From NCBI GenBank assembly GCA_963703955.1, contig CAVPGK010000020.1:32787-96786 (forward strand): a stretch of DNA of 64,000 nucleotides, in the 5' to 3' direction. Position numbers and translations under genes: made by a program. Source of the DNA: Nitrospirota bacterium. Its GTDB lineage: Bacteria > Nitrospirota > Nitrospiria > Nitrospirales > Nitrospiraceae. The notes below the pieces were generated by a model. The model saw nothing but the letters and a program-made list of their open reading frames with translations. It had not been told where the DNA came from and ran no database searches. Positions 23,436 to 35,159 of this stretch are shown piece after piece (positions within the stretch are counted from its first letter, which is position 1; each line of letters starts with the position of its first letter).

Positions 23436-23948
23436 GTGCAATCCGGCCAGATTTGTTATACTTGTCCACCTATTGCGAGGAATCGTGCCTTGGCGGAACA
23501 GCGGTTGGGAACCAGCCCTTTGAGCATAGGGGTGTATCCCAAGGCACAGATTCTAAACCGCTTTATCGCGAAATTCGTTGATGTCATCATTGTGATATCG
23601 GCCAGTAAGGTGGTGTCTCCGGTCGGCTGGCTGGCAGGATTGACCTACATCCTTATTGCAGACGGGTTTTCAGGAGGGCGGAGTATCGGGAAACGCTTGA
23701 TTGGGCTCCAGACGGTGGTCCCTCGCACCCAAGGGGTTTCCGGGTTCAAGGAATCCATCATTCGTAATCTGCCGCTCGCATTGGCCTATCTTCTTTTTCC
23801 GATACCATTTATCGGCTGGTTAGCGGGGATCGCCATCCTGACGCTCGAAGGTCTGTTAATTATTGGAAATGACCAGGGTCTCCGACTCGGTGACGATTTC
23901 GCCAAGACGCAGGTCCTGGACGGCGGCCAACTCGATCTACGAGACTGA
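23436..23948 (+). CDS. RDD family membrane protein (start uncertain)
   Basis: RFIAKFVD, SIGKRLIGL, SIIRN, RLGDDFAKT. Confidence 0.8.
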   Translation: MQSGQICYTCPPIARNRALAEQRLGTSPLSIGVYPKAQILNRFIAKFVDVIIVISASKVVSPVGWLAGLTYILIADGFSGGRSIGKRLIGLQTVVPRTQGVSGFKESIIRNLPLALAYLLFPIPFIGWLAGIAILTLEGLLIIGNDQGLRLGDDFAKTQVLDGGQLDLRD

Positions 23949-23992
23949 ACCGGATGGGCAGAAGCGACGACAGTGCTGAAGGTTCAGCCTAG

Positions 23993-25054
<1,062 letters not shown>

Positions 25055-25083
25055 AGGAGGGCCCTCCTGCATAGGAATGGTTC

Positions 25084-25938
25084 ATGCTTCGCTCTCTGTC
25101 GGGCACAACGCGACTGCTCCTCCTGTTGTTTGCGCTCCTGCTCTCCATCATGTTCCTGCTTCCTAAGCAGAGCCGGGATCTGATGCAGAGCCTCGGTCAG
25201 CCGGTTACTCTTGTCGTTTCCCTCCCGCTCGAAGCCTTGACTGCCGTCGATCGAAGTGTCAGGGACGTGTGGGAGAGCTATGTGGCCCTACGACGGGTGC
25301 ATGAAGAAAATCTCCGGCTTCGTCAGGAAATCCTCGCCCTACGTGAAGAGAACGGTGGATTGCGAGAGACGGCCACCTCGCAGGCTCGCTTAGCGGCGCT
25401 GCTCGAATTCAAACAACGCATTCCGCACAGGACCGTCGCGGCCCAAGTAATCGGACAGGATGCGAGCAATCTGTATCGTGGGGTCGTGCTCAACAAGGGG
25501 GAACGCGACGGCATTCGGGTGGACCTGGGCGTAATGACACCGGCTGGCGTGGTAGGGCGAGTGATCAAGACCGGCCCATCCTCGTCGGTGGTTCTACTCG
25601 TCACGGATCCTCATAATGCCATCGCCGGCATCGTGCAACGCAGCCGCGACGAAGGCATCATCGAAGGGACCCCGAGCGGCAGGGCCCGAATCAAATATCT
25701 TCCGTTGCTATCCAGCGTGCGGATCAGTGACGTTGTGGTGACATCCGGTCTCACCGGCGGCTTCCCGCGCGGCTTGGTGGTAGGGACGATAACGAGCATT
25801 GAAAAAGAGGAAGGCGCGCTTTTTCAAGCTGCGGAAATTGCTCCTGAAGCGGACCTGTCGAAATTGGAAGAGGTGCTGGTCATCACGTCGCCTCGATCGC
25901 TCGATAACGAGTCGGGACCAAAGGAGATACATCCGTAA
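25084..25938 (+). CDS. mreC: Rod shape-determining protein MreC
   Basis: TM helix plus coiled coil, VTSGLTGGFPRG; follows mreB. Confidence 0.92.
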   Translation: MLRSLSGTTRLLLLLFALLLSIMFLLPKQSRDLMQSLGQPVTLVVSLPLEALTAVDRSVRDVWESYVALRRVHEENLRLRQEILALREENGGLRETATSQARLAALLEFKQRIPHRTVAAQVIGQDASNLYRGVVLNKGERDGIRVDLGVMTPAGVVGRVIKTGPSSSVVLLVTDPHNAIAGIVQRSRDEGIIEGTPSGRARIKYLPLLSSVRISDVVVTSGLTGGFPRGLVVGTITSIEKEEGALFQAAEIAPEADLSKLEEVLVITSPRSLDNESGPKEIHP

Positions 25939-26450
25939 GACAGGCACTCTACATCACACTGGTCATCGGTCTTGTCCCGATTCAGGCCACGGCGCTTCAG
26001 TACTTGAGCCTGGGCGGTGTGCGACCGGACCTCTGCCTGATCGCTTCCTTCCTCGTAGGCTTCCTGGTCGGCGAATTCGACGGGGTCATGATGGGGCTTG
26101 CGTTGGGATTCGTCCAGGATCTTTTCTCAGGCGGCGATTCGGGATTGAACCTTATCACGAAAGGCCTCATCGGGCTGCTGGCAGGGTTGGCCGGCCGACA
26201 TCTGGCAAATGCGACCACTTTGGCCGTCCTTGCTCTGTTGCTCAGCGCCTCCCTGGTTTCGGGATTTGTCTTCGTCCTGTGGGCCTGGTCGGGAGAAGGG
26301 TTGTCAGACGCCATGACCTTTGTCCAGTCGGTTCTCCTTCCGCACGCCGTCTATGACGCTGGGCTCGGTGCCGCGCTCTATTGGCTCATCGTGGGTCGCC
26401 GGGGAGAACACCCTGCGTTTGAACAAGGGCGGGTCCGATTCGGGAAATGA
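25935..26450 (+). CDS. mreD: Rod shape-determining protein MreD (start uncertain)
   Basis: Hydrophobic, RPDL and GFVQD motifs, between mreC and mrdA; frame open back to 25935. Confidence 0.85.
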   Translation, partial: VRQALYITLVIGLVPIQATALQYLSLGGVRPDLCLIASFLVGFLVGEFDGVMMGLALGFVQDLFSGGDSGLNLITKGLIGLLAGLAGRHLANATTLAVLALLLSASLVSGFVFVLWAWSGEGLSDAMTFVQSVLLPHAVYDAGLGAALYWLIVGRRGEHPAFEQGRVRFGK

Positions 26451-26495
26451 GGCTGTCCGGGCGGCCGGAGCCCGCCACGGATTGTTGAAGGCACC

Positions 26496-28373
26496 ATGTC
26501 CGAATTTGAACCTGGATATAGTGAACTGCGTGAGGTTCAGCGTCGTCTCACGATCCTGAAGGTGGGACTCTTGCTGGGCCTGGTGTTGTTGGGGATTCGC
26601 CTGTGGCACCTGCAAATTCGCGAAGGCGCATATTATCGTAATTTGTCCGACAACAACCGGACCCGTTCCGTCTTGATTGAACCGGCGCGCGGGCTGATCT
26701 ATGACCGTCATGGAGAATTGCTGGCCAACAATGTGCCGAGCTTCACCCTGTATATCACCCTCGAAGACGTCAAAGATCGTGAGCAATTGATCGCCAAGTT
26801 GGGGGATCTGATCGGGCTGGATGCAGACCTCGTCCGGAGGAAGCTGGCCGAGCGGGGCGGCAAGTTGGTGCCGAGAAAGATCAAGGGTGGGCTGACTTTG
26901 CGAGAGGCGGCCCTGATCGAATCGCACCGGCTGGACTTCCCCGGCGTCGAGATTCAGGCGGAATCTCAGCGGAACTATCCGGCCGGGGTCATCGCCGCGC
27001 ACCTGGCGGGGTACGTCGGTGAGGTGTCGGCGGACCAGTTGGAACGACCCGAGAACGCGGAACTGCATCAGGGCAGTATCGTGGGCCAGTATGGCATTGA
27101 AAAGACCTATGATCACTTCCTGAGGGGCCGCGCCGGACAGAAAACCATCGAGGTCGATGCGACCGGGCACGAGAAACGGATCGTTCAAATCCAGAAACCG
27201 GAAGCCGGTGATGATCTTTACGTCACCATTGATGTCCGTCTGCAGAGGGTCGCGGAAAATCTGTTGGGACAGGAGGCCGGGGCCATCGTCGCGTTGGACC
27301 CCAGAAACGGCGAGATTCTCGCGTTGGCCAGCCGACCGGTGTTTGATCCGAACACGCTGTCCCGAGAGCTAACCGCCAAGCAATGGGACGAAATCGTCCA
27401 AAATGAGGGCCGCCCACTGAACAATCGCGCAACACAAGGCCAATATCCCCCAGGCTCGACCTTCAAGATTGTGATGGCGGCCGCTGCGTTGGAAACAAGG
27501 ACGGTTGACCCGACGACCAAAATTCATTGCGCGGGGGGGTATCAGTTCGGCCGCCGCCTCTTCCACGACTGGAAAGCCGGGGGCCACGGGTATGTCGATT
27601 TGCATCAGGCTCTCGTGCATTCGTGTGACGTTTACTTCTATACGATCGGACAGCGGATGGGGATCGATACGATCGCCTCCTTCGCAAAACGGTTGGGCCT
27701 GGGCCGTGAAACGGGCATCGAGCTCCCCTCGGAACGGTCGGGGATCGTGCCGTCAACAGCGTGGAAAGAAAAAGTTCGTCATGAACCGTGGTTCCCAGGA
27801 GAAACGATCTCCGCCGCCATCGGTCAGGGGTATGTTACGGTGACTCCGCTCCAGATGGCTCACTTAACCGGTATCGTGGCCAACGACGGGTTTTCCTATC
27901 GTCCACGCCTGGTTCAGGCGATCATGGATCGGGCAACCGGTCAGCTGCAAGAAGTGAAAGCGGTGGCGGAGAACCGGATTTCGTTCAGGCCGGGGACGCT
28001 GGATGTAATTAGGGACAGCCTTGCCGACGTGGTAAATGAAGGCACCGCGACGCGGGCGAAATCCACGCTCGTCACTATCGCCGGAAAGACCGGCACCGCG
28101 CAAACCGCCGCGCTGCGGACCGGGCCGGAGAAGGACATTCCCAAGAAGCTTCGAGATCATGCTTGGTTCGTCTCCTACGCTCCCGTCGAAAACCCGAGGA
28201 TCGCGGTGGCGGTCCTCGTCGAAAATATGGGGCACGGGGGATCGGCCGCGGCGCCGCTCGCCAAACAGGTCATCGAAGAATTCGTTCGGCTCACATCCGA
28301 CACTCCGGTCTTGACTGAATCCCGACCGGACCAGAAGCCGAAAGTGACCGTTGCTGGAGTGGCTCATGATTGA
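26496..28373 (+). CDS. mrdA: Penicillin-binding protein 2
   Basis: PGSTFK, SCD, AGKTGTAQ. Confidence 0.95.
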   Translation: MSEFEPGYSELREVQRRLTILKVGLLLGLVLLGIRLWHLQIREGAYYRNLSDNNRTRSVLIEPARGLIYDRHGELLANNVPSFTLYITLEDVKDREQLIAKLGDLIGLDADLVRRKLAERGGKLVPRKIKGGLTLREAALIESHRLDFPGVEIQAESQRNYPAGVIAAHLAGYVGEVSADQLERPENAELHQGSIVGQYGIEKTYDHFLRGRAGQKTIEVDATGHEKRIVQIQKPEAGDDLYVTIDVRLQRVAENLLGQEAGAIVALDPRNGEILALASRPVFDPNTLSRELTAKQWDEIVQNEGRPLNNRATQGQYPPGSTFKIVMAAAALETRTVDPTTKIHCAGGYQFGRRLFHDWKAGGHGYVDLHQALVHSCDVYFYTIGQRMGIDTIASFAKRLGLGRETGIELPSERSGIVPSTAWKEKVRHEPWFPGETISAAIGQGYVTVTPLQMAHLTGIVANDGFSYRPRLVQAIMDRATGQLQEVKAVAENRISFRPGTLDVIRDSLADVVNEGTATRAKSTLVTIAGKTGTAQTAALRTGPEKDIPKKLRDHAWFVSYAPVENPRIAVAVLVENMGHGGSAAAPLAKQVIEEFVRLTSDTPVLTESRPDQKPKVTVAGVAHD

Positions 28374-29487
28374 CCGCGTTATGGACAACCGAGGGCTGGA
28401 TCGTTTCGAGTGGCGATTCCTCACGGTCATTCTTGCGATCCTTGCGCTTGGCGTCCTGTCCATCTACAGCGTCACGCATACCCAGCAGGGAGGCGGCTTG
28501 CCGATCTATCTGAAGCAATTGGTCTGGATCGGAATTGGCGCCGTGGCGTTCGTGGTCACCTTCACCGTGGACTATCATAAGATTTCCAGGTTGGCCTATC
28601 CGCTCTATGCGCTTGTGCTCGTACTGCTGGTTGTGGTTTTGGTCACGGGAAAAACTAGTCGCGGCGCGCAGCGGTGGATCCCCATCGGGCCGTTTGCGTT
28701 TCAGCCGTCAGAATTTGCAAAGCTGGCGTTGATTCTGGTCTTGGCCAGCTACTACGCCAACAGTCCGCGAGAGGGCTGGCTGCAGCGCGTGGTCTTGCCG
28801 GGGCTCATCATGATGCCGGGCTTGCTGCTGATCATCAAGCAGCCGGATCTCGGCAGCGGCCTGAGTTATCTGGCGATCTATGCCGCGATGTTGTTGGTGG
28901 TCGGAATCCGGTCCAAAGCGCTCGGCATCTTGTTGCTGTTCTCGCTGATGCTGTTTCCCTTCGCATGGGAAATGATGTGGGGATCGCTCCATGGCTATCA
29001 ACGGGAGCGGATCATGACCTTCGTCAATCCGGATTATGATACAGGGGGCAGGGGATACCATGGCCTGCAATCCCGGATCGCGATCGGCGCGGGAGAGTTG
29101 GCAGGCAAGGGTCTCTACGGGGGCACGCAGAGTCAGTTGAAGTTCTTGCCGGAGGGGCATACGGATTTCGTCTTTTCGGTATTTTCCGAGGAATGGGGAT
29201 TTCTCGGCGTGCTGGTTCTTCTCACGCTGTTCATCAGTCTGATCGTGCTGTCGATGGAAATTGCCTCTAAAGCAAAGGATGTGCTCGGGGCTCTACTGGC
29301 CGCCGGTGTCATCGCGATGATCGGGTTCTGTGCTATCGTCAACATCGGGATGACGGCCGGCATCGTCCCGATCGTCGGGATTCCCTTGCCGCTCATGAGT
29401 TACGGTGGTAGCGCGACGGTGACGACCCTGGCCGCTCTTGGCCTGCTGTTAAACGTCAAGCGCCGTCGCCTGACTTTGTTCTATTAG
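28366..29487 (+). CDS. rodA: SEDS glycosyltransferase RodA
   Basis: GAQRW, QPSEFAK, QPDLG, LPEGHTDF, SYGGS. Confidence 0.95.
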   Translation: MIDRVMDNRGLDRFEWRFLTVILAILALGVLSIYSVTHTQQGGGLPIYLKQLVWIGIGAVAFVVTFTVDYHKISRLAYPLYALVLVLLVVVLVTGKTSRGAQRWIPIGPFAFQPSEFAKLALILVLASYYANSPREGWLQRVVLPGLIMMPGLLLIIKQPDLGSGLSYLAIYAAMLLVVGIRSKALGILLLFSLMLFPFAWEMMWGSLHGYQRERIMTFVNPDYDTGGRGYHGLQSRIAIGAGELAGKGLYGGTQSQLKFLPEGHTDFVFSVFSEEWGFLGVLVLLTLFISLIVLSMEIASKAKDVLGALLAAGVIAMIGFCAIVNIGMTAGIVPIVGIPLPLMSYGGSATVTTLAALGLLLNVKRRRLTLFY

Positions 29488-29690
29488 CAGCTTGCGCAGC
29501 TATCGTGAGCCAACTGGATCGGCTGAACCCGAGCTGATGAAATCGAAATCGTGAGAGATTGAACCTAACGAGCGGTCTGCGATGGTCTATGGAAGGTTGA
29601 TGACCGGACGAAGAGCGGTGAGTCCGACGCTCACGCTCTTTCGAGCCACGATTCTGCCATCCCCGACCTCGCGCACCGCGGGGAGACTAT

Positions 29691-31199
29691 ATGGGGCGAG
29701 ACATCGCGATCAATGTGACTCGGGAAGAAACCCGGGTGGCGGTATTAGACAACAATGTCGTGACGGAACTCTACGTCGACCGGGCGAAGAACAAGGATTT
29801 CGTCGGGAACATCTATAAGGGTAAGGTCGTCAAAGTGTTGCCGGGCATGCAGGCCGCCTTCGTCGATATTGGCCTGGATAAAGCTGCGTTCATGCACGTC
29901 TCCGATCTCTCCGTAGACACAGAGCCGGGTGAAACCTTGCTTGATACCGACGACGACGAGAAGGGGCCCGATATGCCGAGGCCTCGGAGACAATCGAGCC
30001 AGCCGATCGAGCAGCTTCTTCAAGAGGGCCAGGAGCTGATGGTTCAGATCTCCAAGGGTCCAATCGGAACGAAGGGCCCCCGTGTGACGACCTACGTCTC
30101 GCTTCCAGGACGGTATCTTGTGTTCATGCCGAATGTTGAGCACGTGGGGGTCTCGCGCCGCATTCCCAAAGATGAAGAGCGCGCGCGATTGAAGGAGATC
30201 GTGAAGCGCTTGCGCCGACCCGGGTACGGCTACATCGTCCGCACGGTGAGCGAAGGCGTCAAAGAGGATGAACTGCAGTCCGATGTCGAATTTCTGAATG
30301 TGCTGTGGCAGGATGTTCTGAGAAAGCGGGATCAGCTCCCCGCGCCAACCCTCTTGCACACCGACCTGAGCCTGGCCTTTCGCGTAGTGCGCGATCTCTT
30401 TACGAAAAAGGTTGAGCGTCTGCTGATCGATTCGCGCCAGGAGTACGAGGCGATCAAGGATTTTGTCCACCGCTTCTTGCCGGAGCAGACCTCACGGATC
30501 CAATACTATGATAAAGAAGAGAGTCTGTTCGATCACCTCGGGATCGAGGCGGAGATCTCTCGGGCCTTGAGTCGTAAGGTCTGGCTGAAGTCAGGCGGAC
30601 ATATCGTTGTGGACCATACCGAGGCGATGACGGTCATCGATGTCAATACCGGCCGGTACGTCGGTAAGCGCGATCAGGAAGAAACGATTCTGAAGAATAA
30701 TCTGGAGGCGGCGAAGGAAATCGCCTATCAGATCAAGTTGCGGGGCATTGGCGGCATTATCATCATCGATTTTATCGACATGGAGCGCGAAAAAAATCGC
30801 GACAAGGTCTATCAAGCGCTGGTGGATGCCATGGCCAGCGATAAGGCGCGAACCAGGATTTCTCGCATTTCAGACCTAGGGCTCATTGAACTGTCGCGCG
30901 AACGGGTTCGGGAGGATCTTCTCCGCACAATGTCCGAACCCTGCCATTACTGCGAGGGGCGAGGCTATACGAAGTCTGCGACCACCGTAGTCTACGACAT
31001 CTTCCGGGAAATCCGCCGTATCGGAAGCGAGGCTCAAGAGCAGAAGATCGTCATCGGTGTTCACCCCGGTGTTGCCGCGATGCTGTGCGATGATGAGCAG
31101 GAAGGGGTGGAGGATCTGGAGCGCGCCTACAACACGAAGCTGATCGTCAAGGCCGATCCTTTGCTGCATTTGGAACAATATGACCTCATTGTCCTATGA
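29691..31199 (+). CDS. rng: Ribonuclease G (RNase E/G family)
   Basis: GNIYKG, AAFVDIG, IDVNTG, IIIDFIDM. Confidence 0.93.
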   Translation: MGRDIAINVTREETRVAVLDNNVVTELYVDRAKNKDFVGNIYKGKVVKVLPGMQAAFVDIGLDKAAFMHVSDLSVDTEPGETLLDTDDDEKGPDMPRPRRQSSQPIEQLLQEGQELMVQISKGPIGTKGPRVTTYVSLPGRYLVFMPNVEHVGVSRRIPKDEERARLKEIVKRLRRPGYGYIVRTVSEGVKEDELQSDVEFLNVLWQDVLRKRDQLPAPTLLHTDLSLAFRVVRDLFTKKVERLLIDSRQEYEAIKDFVHRFLPEQTSRIQYYDKEESLFDHLGIEAEISRALSRKVWLKSGGHIVVDHTEAMTVIDVNTGRYVGKRDQEETILKNNLEAAKEIAYQIKLRGIGGIIIIDFIDMEREKNRDKVYQALVDAMASDKARTRISRISDLGLIELSRERVREDLLRTMSEPCHYCEGRGYTKSATTVVYDIFREIRRIGSEAQEQKIVIGVHPGVAAMLCDDEQEGVEDLERAYNTKLIVKADPLLHLEQYDLIVL

Positions 31200-31284
31200 T
31201 GTCTCCAGTCTACCGGGAGCAGCCGTCCGTTGTGCATCGAGGCTACGGCGAGTAGTTGGCGAATGACGGCTTTTCGCCTCGTCT

Positions 31285-32412
31285 ATGGGACACGCTAGCC
31301 CGCTTCGGTCATGGCTGCTCCTTCGCGCCGTCAGAGGTGTGGGGGACCTCATCTTTTGTCGTCTCGTGCAGTCTTTGGAGTCCCCGGAAGCGGTCCTTTC
31401 GGCGTCCCCTGAACGGTTGATGGCGGCTGGTCCGCTCGGCCGGTCTCTGGCGCAAGCGATCAGCCAGGGGCCCGATCAAGCTGCCAGGCAAGCCGTTGAC
31501 GAGGAACTGAAGCGGCTCGAGAAGCTCCGACTGTCGGTCATCACGTTTCAGAATGAACTGTATCCGCCGCGATTGACCACCATCCCCGACCCGCCGCCGC
31601 TGTTGTACGTGAGCGGGGGTCTGGAGCAGACGGATCATCAGGCTGTGGCAATCGTCGGTTCTCGGAGAGCTACGGCTGCCGGTCGGTTGCTGACCGAGGA
31701 ACTAAGCCGGGAACTTGCGTCGTTAGGCTTCACGATCGTCAGTGGCTTGGCTCGTGGAATCGATGCGGCTGCTCACCGTGGCGCACTTGCCGGAAAAGGT
31801 CGCACGGTCGCCGTTCTGGGGTGCGGCATCGATCGGACCTATCCGCCGGAACATGCGTCGCTCAGAAAGCAGATCGAGTCCGACGGAGCCGTCATCAGTG
31901 AGCTTCCGCTCGGGTCCTATCCACACGGTTATCATTTTCCCAGGCGCAACCGAATCATCAGCGGCATGTGCCTGGGCGTGATCGTGACAGAGGCGGGGAT
32001 GGAGAGTGGGTCTTTGATTACAGCCCGTCTCGCCGCGGATCAGGGCCGCGAAGTGTTCGCTGTGCCGGGGTTCGTGAAGAATGAGACCAGTCGGGGTCCG
32101 AACGGTCTCATCAAACAAGGAGCCACACTGGTGGAAACGGTTGATGATGTGATCGAGGAATTACTGCCGCAACTCAATGATTCGCTTCTGGAACGTCTGA
32201 CAACCCGTGTCTCCGCAGGGGCAGCGGAGCCTGGCCGTCTCGATGAGAAGGAGGCCGTGATTTATGACCTCCTGACCTGGGAAGCCACTCACATCGATGA
32301 TCTGATCGAGAAGACGGGGCTTCCGGCAGCGGAGGTTTCGGGCCTGCTCCTTTCTCTTGAACTAAAAGGCCTTTTGCGTCAATTGCCGGGCCATTCTTAT
32401 GTTCGGCTATAA
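31285..32412 (+). CDS. dprA: DNA processing protein DprA
   Basis: VSGLARGIDAAAH, FPRRNRIISG, SGSLITA. Confidence 0.95.
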   Translation: MGHASPLRSWLLLRAVRGVGDLIFCRLVQSLESPEAVLSASPERLMAAGPLGRSLAQAISQGPDQAARQAVDEELKRLEKLRLSVITFQNELYPPRLTTIPDPPPLLYVSGGLEQTDHQAVAIVGSRRATAAGRLLTEELSRELASLGFTIVSGLARGIDAAAHRGALAGKGRTVAVLGCGIDRTYPPEHASLRKQIESDGAVISELPLGSYPHGYHFPRRNRIISGMCLGVIVTEAGMESGSLITARLAADQGREVFAVPGFVKNETSRGPNGLIKQGATLVETVDDVIEELLPQLNDSLLERLTTRVSAGAAEPGRLDEKEAVIYDLLTWEATHIDDLIEKTGLPAAEVSGLLLSLELKGLLRQLPGHSYVRL

Positions 32413-32473
32413 TAGGGAATGACAGTCTTGAAAGCCCCGTCACTGACGGGACGTTGAGAGAAGCGGAGAGGCG

Positions 32474-34803
32474 ATGGCGAAATCATTAATCATTGTCGAG
32501 TCACCCGCGAAGGCGAGGACGATAACCAAATACCTGGGACGCGGCTATACGGTGATGGCGTCCGTTGGACATGTCAAGGATCTGCCGACGAGCAAGTTGG
32601 GCGTGGACGTTGAAAATAGCTTTAAGCCGCAGTATGTGACCATCAAGGGGAAAGCACGGGTCCTGGCGGAGATCAAGAAAAAGGCTCACGAAGCGGATAA
32701 GGTCTTTCTGGCACCGGATCCGGACCGGGAAGGAGAGGCGATTGCCTGGCACATCGCAGAGGAGGTTACCGGCAAGACCAAGACGAAAGGTCAGAAAGTA
32801 TTCCGCGTTCGGTTTAATGAGATCACGGAGTCGGCGATCAAGCGCGCGCTTCAGTCTCCGGGGCAGATCGATATGAAGCTGGTCAACGCTCAGCAGGCTC
32901 GCCGAGTGCTGGATCGCATCGTTGGCTATCAGGGCAGCCAACTGTTGTGGAAAAAGGTCCGGCGCGGGCTCAGTATGGGACGGGTGCAGTCTGTCGCCGT
33001 CAAGCTGATCTGCGACCGAGAACGGGAACGGGAGGAGTTTCGTTCGGAGGAGTATTGGTCGATCACGGCACTGTTGGCCGGTCAGAATCCGCCGCCCTTC
33101 ACGGCGAAGCTCCACAGCATCAACGGGCAGGACGCGGTCATTCCATCGGCCCAGGACGCGGAGCGTCTCGTGGCCGCTGTCCAGGGGAAGGACTTCACGG
33201 TTGAGTCCATTGAGCGCAAGGAGAAGACGCGCAATCCGGTCGCTCCGTTTATCACGAGCCGGCTCCAGCAGGAGGCCGCGCGGAAATTGCGGTTCACGTC
33301 GAAGAAGACGATGACTCTCGCGCAGCAATTCTATGAAGGTATCGATATCGGTACCGAGGGGCCGATGGGCTTGATTACGTACATGCGGACCGACTCGACA
33401 CGGATCTCCAGCGAAGCGGTGGAGAGGCCCGGCAGGTCGTTCGTGAACGCTTCGGGACTGAGTACTTGCCGGCCACGCCCAACATCTACAAGACGCAAAA
33501 GGCTGCGCAGGAGGCGCACGAGGCCATCCGACCGACATCGGCGCTCCGCGACCCAGAATCCATTAAGCAATTTCTGGACCGCGACCATTATCAGCTCTAC
33601 AAACTGATCTGGAACCGCTTCATCGCGTCACAGATGGCTGCGGCTATTGTGGAAGTCACGCGGGTCGACTGCGTGCCTCAGGGCACAACCGATCCCTATG
33701 TCTTTCGGGCAAACGGCACCGTGGTCAAGTTCCCCGGCCACACCGCGGTCTATCTTGAAGGAACCGATGCCGGGGCTTCGACGCCGAGCAGAAAGGCCGA
33801 TCAGGAAAGTGACGACGAAACGGATCGACAATTGCCCGCACTGACCGAAGGCGAGCGCTTGCAATTGGTGGCCCACGAAGGACAGGCGGCGCTGGGCCTC
33901 ACTCCGAAACAGCACTACACGCAACCACCTCCCCGCTACAATGAGGCGTTGTTGATTCGTGAACTCGAGGAAAAGGGGATCGGCCGTCCGTCGACGTATG
34001 CAAGCATCATCTCGACCATCCAAGAGCGAAAGTATGTGGAAAAGATAGACAATCGATTCGTCCCAACCGAAACCGGCAAGACCGTCAACGATTTTGTCGT
34101 GCGAGGCTTTCCCGACATCCTTAACGTCGATTTCACCTCCTTGATGGAGAAGGAACTGGACGAGGTAGAGGAAGGTGAAAAGCCGTGGGTTGCGGCGGTG
34201 CGGGATTTTTATGAGCCGTTCACGAAGGATATGGAAAAGGCCAAGGACCTCGCCGGCCCCAAAGACATTGTCGAACCTCCCACAAATATTCCCTGCGATA
34301 AGTGTGGACGCATGATGGAGATCAAATGGGGACGGAACGGAAAGTTCCTCGCCTGCCCGGGTTACAAGGATGATCCGCCTTGCAAAAACACCCAAAACTT
34401 TGAAAAGCTCCCGGATGGCACCATCAAGATCGTGGCCAAGCAAGAGATGACCACGGATGAAAAGTGTGAGAAATGCGGCTCGCCTATGGTTATCAAGACC
34501 GGTCGGTTTGGGAAATTTATCGCGTGTTCAGCCTATCCTGAATGCAAGACGACCAAGGCGATCCCTCTCGGTGTGAAGTGCCCGCAAGACGGCGGCGATC
34601 TGACTCAGAAACGAACGAAGAAAGGTCGGACGTTCTACGCCTGCGCGAACTACCCTGCCTGCGAGTTCGCCATTTGGGACCGTCCGGTCAATAAGCCTTG
34701 TCCCAATTGCAAGGCGCCCTTCCTGGTTGAAAAATACACGAAGCAGGTCGGCTCCAGCATTCAATGCCGGAATGAAGAATGCGGGTACAAAGAGGCGGGC
34801 TAA
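32474..34803 (+). CDS. topA: DNA topoisomerase I (one apparent indel near 33425)
   Basis: IVESPAK, DPDREGE, ITYMRTDS, then AQEAHEAIRPT, GIGRPSTY and C-terminal zinc ribbons in a second frame. Confidence 0.94.
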
Positions 34804-34839
34804 TCCAATTCGCGTTCCTACGTACTCCGCTCTCTGAGA

Positions 34840-35009
34840 TGAAAAATTATTTTCAGTAAGATCTCCTCCACCTGCCGATTATCCAACTCTCTCAAACGCC
34901 GCAAGCGCTTATCACTAAGTGGTCGAAAATCAAGATGAGATTCCTTTGCTTAGCTCCAATTCGAACAGAGACTGAGAACCGTTGTAAAGGAATTTGAAAG
35001 TTAGACTCA
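34840..35009. promoter_or_regulatory. Cluster of Fur-box-like inverted repeats upstream of bfr
   Basis: TGAAAAATTATTTTCA (34840-34855), TGAGAACCGTTGTAA (34973-34987), TGAAAGTTAGACTCA (34995-35009). Confidence 0.5.
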
Positions 35010-35103
35010 TTCTTGGCGAAGAAAAACCGTTGACGATGCTGCTCCAGCTGCCCAATAATCCTCTATCGGACTCAACGCATCGGCTGACACAGCTCGTGTC
35101 AGT

Positions 35104-35155
35104 GAGCGCCCAGAGCGCCCCCAGCATTTCACAATTCTTTCTTCCAAGGAGGAAG
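35104..35155 (+). promoter_or_regulatory. Com-target-like site D plus SD-sequestering hairpin in the bfr leader
   Basis: GAGCGCC-CA-GAGCGCC, then CTTTCTTC-CAA-GGAGGAAG. Confidence 0.55.
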
Positions 35156-35159
35156 CGTC

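Noticed and set aside
32474..34803. Split topA as two genes
   Set aside because: One frame switch near 33425 joins a continuous TopA
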